NCBI GenBank assembly: GCA_951406725.2
Contig: OX597818.1
Span: 116,312,001-116,376,000, forward strand
DNA: 64,000 nt
Reading direction: 5' to 3'
Source of the DNA: Octopus vulgaris
Lineage: Eukaryota
This document shows, one piece after another, positions 54,219-64,000 of this stretch. Position 1 is the stretch's first letter. Each line of letters opens with the position of its first letter. The position numbers were made by a program, and so were the translations under genes. Below the pieces are notes generated by a model that did not search any database, had not been told where the DNA came from, and worked only from the letters and a program-made list of their open reading frames with translations.

Positions 54219-55240
54219 TATAGGTCGAGTAGGATACCATTTTAAAGTAGACGAAGTGTAGTTTTTTTCCAAATTGGGAGCATTCAGAAATAATCTTAAT
54301 TACTGTCGTATTTATTTCACAGGCACAACAAGCATATAACCAATTTACAGATTCGTTTCAGTAAATCTTTTCTCCGTAGCGTATTTTCCCTCTCACCTAA
54401 CATTCCAACCAACGACAACGCCATCGCAATCTCCCCGTGTTTATTTTACATTTTAACTCTTGTTTAGTTAGATAAAAATAATAGATACAACCATTCCTAA
54501 ACTAATAGCAATTTTACTTGCAGTATAATATTGCATCTCACCCACCTAACTACATACAAATTTGTATTTCACTTATTCGTTCAATAATATCAACAACTTT
54601 TTCGTTGTTAATATTTCAATTTTCCCAAAACTTTCAACGATATTGAATTGAACTATTTTACTTTCATATTTTCTGCTTAGAAACATTGAATTTACTCTGT
54701 TAACTTACATTGATGTTTAGTTATTTAAATCAGTTATATTCACCGCAAAGATACAAAAAAAAAAAAAGAACCCCATACACACTCACATACATACACCAAC
54801 GCCCACATTCACTTAATCTGGTTCATTGATATCGTTCTTTTGTCTTTCAGTGTCTCTGTTTGAACTTGAATCCGCGTTTGGCGATGATCACAGCTTGCAA
54901 TAAAACTCCCCGCAGTTAACAAAAACGCCTACAGATATATATCGCACCCATTCACATTTGGAAGCAAATAATGGACGTCGATAAAATATCAAAAGAACAG
55001 CTTCAGCTACCGCGCTAGAATAAAGACAGATCGATACTTTGCACATATTAACTCGTTCTTGAACATTAGTCAACATTTTCTAACTCCTTAGCGAGCTTCA
55101 TTCACCTCCGTAAAACCCGAGAGAATACCTTACGATACTTCCTGGCTGGTCATTGATACCGTAACGCTGTTCCTGGGAAGTCGAATAGCAAATAATTTGT
55201 GCTTACCAGCATTTTGCAGAAATAAACGTAACAATAAACG

Positions 55241-55540
55241 TCGCCCTTTTCAAGCTTAGCCAGGCTCATGGGCCCCGTTTCCCGGTTTCTGTCGCGTATG
55301 TGTTCCCCTCCAGCTGGACGAGACGCCAGTCATTCGCAGCGTTACTCAAGAAACAGGAAGAGAGAGTGAGAGAAAGTTGTGGTGAAAGTGTACAACAGGG
55401 GTCGCCACCATACCCTGTCGGGGCTTCGTGGAGCTTTTAGGTGTTTTCGCAATAAACACACACAACGCCCGGTCTGGGAATCGAAACCGCGATCCTCCGA
55501 CCTTGAGTTCGCTGCCCTAACCACTGGGACATTGCGCCTC
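55241..55540 (-). mobile_element. SINE head A + tail T2
   Basis: Head A reverse complement (GAGGCGCAATGTCCCAGTGGTTAGGGCAGCG) joined to the T2 tail. Confidence 0.88.
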
Positions 55541-55559
55541 TACCCTTTTTCAGAAATAG

Positions 55560-56005
55560 TGGTTTCACATTTTGACACAAGAATAGCAATTTCGAAGAGA
55601 GGGGATAAGGCGATTAAATCGACCCCGGTGTTCAAGTGGTACTTATTTTACCGACCCCGAAAAAAAATGAAAGGTGAAGTCAACCAGGGCGGAATTTGAA
55701 CTCAGAACGTAAAGATAGACAAAATGTCACTGCCTGGTCGCCGTCCAAATATCTCTAGAAATAATCTTGTCTGCTATAGGCACAAGGCCTGAAATTTCAG
55801 GGAGGGGGCTAGTCGATTTCATCGACCCCAGTGCATAACTGGTACTTATTTAATCGACCCCAGAAAAGATGAAAAGCAAAGAAGACCCGGTGGAATTTGA
55901 ACTCACAACGTAGCGGCAAACTAAATACAGCTAAGCATTTCGCCCGGCGAGCTTACGAGTCTGCCAGCTCACGGCCTGAAATTTAGGGGTGGGGGCTAGT
56001 CGATG
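55560..56005 (-). mobile_element. Tandem SINE family D copies (alternative tail)
   Basis: Two GGTACTTATTT..CGACCCC..GGAATTTGAACTCA units plus repeated GGCCTGAAATTT..GGGGGCTAGTCGAT. Confidence 0.8.
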
Positions 56006-56007
56006 AA

Positions 56008-56135
<128 letters not shown>

Positions 56136-56148
56136 CTCTATACATACA

Positions 56149-56184
<36 letters not shown>

Positions 56185-56276
56185 TATAATTGAAATTTAC
56201 AGGAGAACAAAAAACAAAGACAGGTGTATGAAAAACAAACAGGTGTATTAGTTTGATGCTAGGGAATGTGAGAAAT

Positions 56277-56312
56277 CTTCTACGTTTCGAGCCTACGCTC
56301 TTCAGCAGAAAG
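56277..56312 (-). ncRNA. Minimal hammerhead-like motif (variant core)
   Basis: Minus strand: CUUU CUGCUGA A GAGC-GUAG-GCUC GAAA CG UA GAAG; palindromic ACGU stem III. Confidence 0.55.
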
Positions 56313-56739
56313 GAACGCGAGGAAATAAACAGAGAGAGAATAAATACACACATCAGTAACTCCATAACCTTTCAGAATGATTGGCACACATACATCCATA
56401 CCTAGGTATAGAGTCTTATGCATTTTTTGGTCACACCTGTTATCTCGTCACTAAACAAACTACTCAGGATTCAATTTCAAATCTTTCAACACGCGTGCAC
56501 TGAGTGTTACACACACACAAACACACATATGTGCTGGTGAATTTGCTCGAGTGTGCGTGCGTGTATGCACCGCGTGTGCATGATGTACTCGTACACAAAC
56601 ATACACATATGCACCCGCCACACACAATCACACATACATACATGAATATGTATATACATATATATATATAGTTTTATATATATTTATGTGTTATATATAT
56701 TTATATATATATACATGATATATAAATATATATATATAT

Positions 56740-56776
<37 letters not shown>

Positions 56777-56824
56777 GGATATATATATGATTGTGTGTAT
56801 ATATATGGTTGTATATACATATAC

Positions 56825-56925
<101 letters not shown>

Positions 56926-57724
56926 AGGTATGTTATACACCTTCGTGTGTACATTATGACTCTATTTGCAAAAGCTGAAAATTTGTTTCCGCTTTGACAA
57001 AATAACTAACACGACATAAAAATCCTATTATTATAAAGGTGCTAATATGAGCCACAAAAAAAACAATAACAAAAAAAAAACATTCAAGATTATTTCACGT
57101 AAAATATTAGTGGGTTTTGAAGTAGAATACCTCAGCAGAATTTTATTACCCGAGGCTATAAATACTGAAACGAAGAAACGGATAGAGGTATTTCATAATG
57201 TAAAATGATATTTCCTATATCATGGATATCTTATTTTCCATTTCATAAGTATGACAGTAAAATGTAATTTTTATGTAATGATGGTATCTTAGATTTAGTT
57301 CGTTTTTTTTTTGTCTCATCGAGCTAAAGTTGAAATGAGATCGATTTCTAAGAAACTATTTTAAAGTTTTCTGTGTTCGTTTCTCTCTGTTATCTCTCTA
57401 TATTTCAATACCTATAATATTAAGTTTTCTATCTTAGTTCGGATTACAATTATTGCTATCGACGTCTTGTTTTTGCATTAGACGTTTATTGCTTATATAA
57501 GAGTTAAAGTATCTAAAAATGAATGTAAGTGTCAAGAAGTACTTGTTTTCTATTTGTTTGATTGTGGAAACAATATGTAATATGTAATAACCTATATGTA
57601 ATAACCTATATTAGTATTATTACCATTCATCTAGTAACGGTAAAGCTTCTTAGAATATCCGAAAAATATATTCTTTTGGTTGACGTCATAAAAATATAAT
57701 AAACTTACGAGAGAATATGATATA

Positions 57725-58425
57725 CAGTAATTCCTCGACTATCGCGGGTATTACGTTCCAAAACCTCCCACAGAAATAATTAAAATCTTAAAAAAATATA
57801 AATACCTATCGGCCGCAGAAACCCGGATATACTAAGGATCCTGCGATAATCGAGATCGAGCGAGCTTTTGCCCTTTTGCTCGACGTGTGGTTTCCGTCCA
57901 CGCTGAGCTCGCCTTGGGGCACATGTGTTATCGTTTGACAGACGTACCACCCCAGTCAAACTCCCTGGAGATGTACTTGTATAGCAAATGACCTGATCTG
58001 AGATCGGGTGCTGAAACAAAAACAATTGCAGCATGGAAGGTGCAGATAAACAATTTAAAAACACACAAAAACTGTTATACACTTCAACATTAAAAAATTA
58101 ATTTGTCAAAATATTTTCGTCGCTTTGAGACCGCGACTTGTTCACTGACAAAATTCCGTGCTGCATCTGAGAAAGTAACAGTTAGTTCATGGTATATATG
58201 CACGTACGTACGTATGTATGTATGTATGTATGTATGTATGTATGTATGTATGTATGTATGTATGTATGTATATGTTTGTATGTATGTAATTTACATGTAT
58301 TAAGCCAGAAAAATTTGCGATGTATTGAGTCCGCGATAGGTGAACCGCGATGTACTGAGTGCGTGATAGGTGAACCGCGATGTACTTAATGCGCGATAGG
58401 TGAACCATATGGCGATGGATTACTG
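57725..58425. mobile_element. pogo/Tigger-like non-autonomous DNA transposon with TA TSD
   Basis: TA|CAGTAATTCCTCGACTATCGCGG ... GGCGATGGATTACTG|TA; subterminal 30-bp unit x3 at 58317-58406. Confidence 0.8.
57848..57965 (-). rRNA. 28S (LSU) rRNA fragment, pseudogenic, domain V including the P-loop region
   Basis: Minus strand GGGAGTTTGACTGGGGTGGTACGTCTGTCAAACGATAAC...AAGGCGAGCTCAG...GAGCAAAAGGGCAAAAGCTCGCTCGATCTCGATT matches conserved eukaryotic LSU sequence; only about 118 bp. Confidence 0.92.
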
Positions 58426-59834
58426 TAGTTCCTTGTTGAAATAGTGGATACTTAAGCAATAAATATTAGCATGTAAATTCTGGGTTAGTTTGCAAAAGCA
58501 TTTTAGATGTGAAAAACCGAAAGCTGCCTGTATGACATTCGAAGAATTTCTTTGGTTAAACCATTGAACGGCAACATGTACAAGGGTTTTTCAATTCATC
58601 GTTTGCATACCATCATTTACAGCTTTACCTGGTTTCAGATCCACTGCTCTCCCAAAAGAACCCCTTTTGGTATTTATTCCAGTATTGCATGTACTAAGTT
58701 CAAATTCCGCCGGTATTATCTTTTCATTCATAAAAAGAGCGTATCGCTCAACCACCAGGCTGGTGATATCACTTATCCTCGTTCTTTTATAATCGCTAAG
58801 CTTGCAAGCAATTAATCATCGGACGAAGAACTTTGCGATATTGCTTCACCTCTTTAATTTCTGTGTAAAAGACACATCAATGTCAAACATTCGTCTATTT
58901 CTTGAAAATGGGGTCATAACCCCAAAATACTAAATACAAGGTAAGTCTACATTAATTCACATATTTGTTTTCTTGTGATTTACCTTGCATTTACTTCGCA
59001 TTGTTTTGGCCTTACCTACGATCCTTTATACAATATATTCTACACAATGCTTCACAGTAATTATTCCAGGATATTTGTTCGTTTCCGCATGCAACAAACG
59101 TCCATTGCTTAAGTATAGATTTTCGATTACCGCAGTATAATCTCCGCTGATTTCCATTTTTGAGCAGTAGCATTTCGTAAAAATTCTGAAAATGAATATA
59201 TATTACAATGCATAGAAATTAAAGTACTATAACAGGTTTTAACGTTCAACCTAACTTAAGTGTAGAGATCATACTTAAAGGAAATATATATATGAAACGA
59301 CCATAGAATCATATGATCAAATCAACTGGGGAAATTTTATGAAGCCTAAGAAAATTTACTTTATATAATGTAACCGGTAAGATTTAGAGCAGGAAATTGT
59401 GAAATATTTACAACCGTAAAGGAACGATGACAATATATTTAAAAGGTATGATCAAGCTCAACGTTTTGTATCAATTTACAGTTGTAAAAATTTAAAGCTT
59501 GATAGTAATGTTACAACAGACGTTTGGAGAAGTTAAATGTTTAAACATGGAATATTAAGTGGAGACACAAGAGAGTCAAGATATTGAAGGAATTTCATAC
59601 TTTTATTTTTAATATTCTCAAGTTACAGCATTTTCACAAATACGAGCTAAATCTGCAGCAGAAAATGTCGTTTCAAAATACAAATTGTTAATGTTACAAC
59701 AACAACATTTGCAGAGCTAAAACCAGATAATCTACGATTTATTCAACACTTCCATTTCGTGACCTTTTAGACAATTTCCTTATTCCTTTGGTATGTGTTT
59801 GTAAGCATTTTATATATATATATATATATATATA

Positions 59835-59999
59835 GGTGCATACGTGGCTGTGTGGTAAGAAGGTTGCTTCCTAACGACATGGGACAGGGTTCAGTCCCAC
59901 TGCGTGTACCTTGGAAACATGTGTTCTACTATAGCCTTGGGCCGACCAAAGCCTTGTGACTTGATTTGCTAGATGGAAACTGACGAAGGCTCGTCGTAT
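59835..59999 (+). mobile_element. SINE family C 5' half
   Basis: GTGGCTGTGTGGTAAGAAGG...GGTTCAGTCCCACTGCGTG...GGAAACTGA. Confidence 0.85.
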
Positions 60000-60023
60000 A
60001 TATATATATATATATATACACCC

Positions 60024-60073
<50 letters not shown>

Positions 60074-60665
60074 ATATATGTAAATATATATATATTAATA
60101 CATTTATACATATATGTACATGCGTGCATACATATATACATATTATAGAAACAATTCTTATTATAAATACTTATATATTCGTACATAGACATTCATATTT
60201 ATTGTGTTCATCCATGCATTCATACATTCAATTGTTTTAGCAGCTGTGAAATATGTTAACAATTACCGTTTTCCTGAGTTCTCCTGACATGTTTTATAAT
60301 TGGTTTAGAGATTTAATATTCCAGCTTCTCCGTTGCTAATATCATTTTATAGAAATACTACATAAACCTGATAATACCGGGTTCAAAGCTTTCTGTCATT
60401 TGTACTTCAAATTTAGAAGAGAAAATCATTAGTTCTCGTAGTATAGATAGTTTTTCTCGTATGTTTTCGCTAATGTCCAATAAATATATGTCTTGTGAGT
60501 TTTTAAGGAAACAGAAAGGGAAACAGAACTTGTGGCCCCATCTACTATATGTTAAGAAATCATACTGATATCTGACTCCAGCATAAAACTAAATCATCAT
60601 CATAACAATATAGTTATGTCCACTCCACTATAAATGAGTTTGAGTTTGAAAATATGACTGTGTGC

Positions 60666-60801
<136 letters not shown>

Positions 60802-60931
60802 TAATTAGAAAAAATTTAATATAAGATAAAAACATATACCAATGATTAATTAATGTACAAAATAGTAAATAACCTGTATATAATTGGTAAAATGATAGAG
60901 AAAGTTGTCATGCCGATAACTACGCAAAATT

Positions 60932-61414
60932 GCAAATCGTCGAATCACCATCTGTGAGTTATCAGAGGATGTGCAGATTAGTTACGGTTCAGTTCAGTCC
61001 ATTATCTCTGAAGACTTGGATATGAGACGCGTGTCTGCCATGTTTGCGACAAAACTGCTTTCAATTGACCAATAAGACACTCAAGTTTCAGTTCCACAAA
61101 ATGTCCTTGATTGTGTCAAGAACGACGAAAACTTTTTGGAAACTTCGCGTGGGCCTCTGAGCAGGAATCACCAAGCTTTTTCCAAAATTTGATGCAGATT
61201 CTCTGCTCCATTTTCTCTTTCATGGTCAATGCGATGAGCCACACTGCGCACCTTCCTTCCAAGCACTGCTGTAACCAGCGGAAGTAAGTTGCAATATTAA
61301 AACTTACTGCACATGCTCAACAATGTTCAAGGTCAATATGTGTCAAGCTTCCGCATTCTGTGTGCTTTAGCTACGTTATTATGACATCAATCTTAATACT
61401 TATTCATCAGACCA
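60932..61414 (+). mobile_element. mariner transposase relic, internally deleted, with probable right TIR
   Basis: ANRRITICELSEDVQISYGSVQSIISEDLDMRRVSAMFATKLLSIDQ*..DENFL (HTH plus WVPHEL-equivalent linker); right end ATACTTATTCATCAGACC then TA. Confidence 0.85.
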
Positions 61415-61947
61415 TATATATATCTATTATTATTATAGTGTGTGTGTGTGTGTGTGTGTGTGTAAATGTTGCGTGTGTTGGGACAAATATCAATATATGT
61501 TCGCTGCATCTTAAGTGAATTGATAACTGTTTGCCAAATTATAAGATTGAAAATTTGGCTTCCAATTTTTGTGTCTGCGTGTGATAACCTTTAATACACA
61601 AGTCGTATTTCACACCTCTCACTTTTTCTAACACATAAACAGAAATGTACGTGCATACACAGCGTTTTGTGAACATACACGCACATACATGCAAACAGGC
61701 ATACGGATACATCTACACACAATCACTATCTCTGTGTCGCTTTCATACACACAGAAAAAAAAACACACACGCACACACAGAGTAATAACCCTACAAATTC
61801 GTTAGCGTTTATTTTTCGTATATTACCGTACATACATTAGTGACGTACCCTCTGATATATAAATATATATCTCTGATAGGAAAAATATGAAGTATACATA
61901 TATACATACATACATACATACATACATACATACATACATACATACAT

Positions 61948-61982
<35 letters not shown>

Positions 61983-62113
61983 TATATATATACATATATA
62001 TGTATGTACATGCATACACACACATATATATATATATAAATACATACATACATACTTTTCCTATACCCTATGATATATAAATATATATACTATGTATGCA
62101 TGTACGTATATAT

Positions 62114-62180
<67 letters not shown>

Positions 62181-62184
<4 letters not shown>

Positions 62185-62553
62185 TAAGAGAGTGGTCACT
62201 ATATTGATCACTCTAGCACCAGTTAATCCAAAAGGTTTCAACCACGAAAAATACATGTTTCCCATGAAAGCCAGTACGACTGTTAGCTCACACGGACAGG
62301 GCAAATAAAAAATAACAAAAATACAGATTATTTTGGGACAATTGTTTCGCTATTAATGAAATACATTTAATACATTTAATTCATTAATAGCGAAACAATT
62401 GTCCCAAAATAATCTGTATTTTGTTATTTTTTATTTGCCCTGTCCGTGTGAGCTAACAGTCGTACCTTTCATGGGAAACATGTATTTTTCGTGGTTGAAA
62501 CCTTTGGATTAACTGGTGCTAAATGATCAATATAGTGACCACTCTCTTATATT
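62181..62553. repeat. About 370-bp palindrome (about 178-bp arms) with half-hammerheads at the inner ends
   Basis: Arms 62181-62360 and 62380-62553 are nearly identical; inner end TAGC-GAAA-CAATTG-TC-CCAAAA. Confidence 0.92.
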
Positions 62554-62680
62554 AATATTGTGAAAATATTATAATATGTTATAAAATATTATAATAATCC
62601 AGGTTTCTCGTAGCACTAGGCCACTTGGTGTGGAATAAATATACTATTAAATTAGTATCTAATTCTCTCACCCTTATTAA

Positions 62681-62750
<70 letters not shown>

Positions 62751-62755
62751 GTACA

Positions 62756-62808
62756 TGCATGGCCACAGCTCATGAGCTGAAACTAGATAAAATAAAATAA
62801 AATAAATA
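62756..62808 (+). mobile_element. Extreme 3' tip of a CR1-like LINE
   Basis: GCATGGCCACAGCTCATGAGCTGAAACTAGATAAAA; similar inverted tip at about 33060-33097. Confidence 0.7.
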
Positions 62809-62823
62809 AACATATATACACAT

Positions 62824-62868
<45 letters not shown>

Positions 62869-63704
62869 AATGTACATATTTTTACTAAATATATGCTTCC
62901 ATGTCATTGAAGAAATCCAACGGAATACGCAAGAAATCGTAAATATAGCAACCCGGAGAACATTTGCCCGTTTTATATTCCTACACTTATAAAACATCGT
63001 TGTAGTTCACGAAAATATTAAAACATTTTTAAAAAAATGTAATAAAATAAAACCCCGAAAACAAATTCAAAATATTTTCTTTTTACGTGACGAACGGACG
63101 TCCCTAATATCCAATATAGAAATCTACTGATTTCCTTACGGAATTATTGTGCATGCTAAAATGTAATAAATGGCGTGAGATATTCAATGGAAGGCCGTTT
63201 CATTCGATTATATCATGTTAGTGCTATAGCAGTTCATGTTGATTATCAATTCCTTTATATCTCTGTTCACCAGCTTTCTTTCCTTGCCTGTTTTCGTCTG
63301 TACGTAAGGCATTGTTGTAATCAGTCTTGCAACGCCTTCCATTTCGGATATCGCCGAGACAATTGAGAAGGAACCTCCTTGGAGAATATTTATCCTTCCT
63401 CTCTCTCACACACAAACACACACAGACAGACACACACATACACGCACACGCAAAGATTTTCACATAGATGTTCCATTTTTTTTATTCATACACAGTGCAC
63501 CCGCTATCGCATTTGCTAATTATGTATATATGTATATATGTATGCATGTATGTATGCATGTATGTAAGCATGTATGTATGTATATATGCATGCGTGTGTT
63601 TGTATGTATGCATATGTATGTATGAATCTATGTATGTATGTTATGTAGGTATGTATGCATGCATACTTGCATGAATCCATGCGTGTATGTATGTGTCTAT
63701 CTAT

Positions 63705-63840
<136 letters not shown>

Positions 63841-64000
63841 ATATATATATATCCATCTAACTATCTATCTATATATCTATCAGTTTGATCATTAGGAATT
63901 GTTTTCATGCAGTACACATCCCAATAAAAAAAATTAAAAAGCAAAAATAATCATACATATTCACATACATACGTACATGTACGCATACATACATATTGAT

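Noticed and set aside
57848-57965. Functional rDNA unit
   Set aside because: Only about 118 bp; no flanking 28S, 18S or ITS sequence

Overview
AT-rich eukaryotic non-coding DNA (intronic or intergenic). The repeat landscape strongly resembles a coleoid cephalopod (Octopus-like) genome; this is an inference from recalled repeat families, not a database result. I find no supportable host protein-coding gene, and most ORF-track entries are microsatellite read-throughs. The window contains: (1) dense TA/CA/CATA/TATC/AAT microsatellites; (2) four tRNA-type SINE head/body types with interchangeable 3' tails; (3) CR1-like, L1/Tx1-like and R4/Dong-like (RLE) non-LTR retrotransposon relics, the latter sitting in (AAT)n or (CATA)n arrays; (4) Tc1/mariner/pogo-type DNA transposon relics and MITEs, one carrying a 28S rRNA fragment. 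The most notable signal is about a dozen short non-coding cassettes in or beside (TA)n tracts that carry type I hammerhead ribozyme (HHR) motifs. Three have complete cores (9529-9576, 31411-31505, 44729-44779); the others are single-mutant, U3-A8 variant or truncated. They often sit in direct or tail-to-tail inverted repeats, as expected for Penelope-like element termini or retrozyme-like non-autonomous elements. All structures were paired by eye and need computational and biochemical confirmation.
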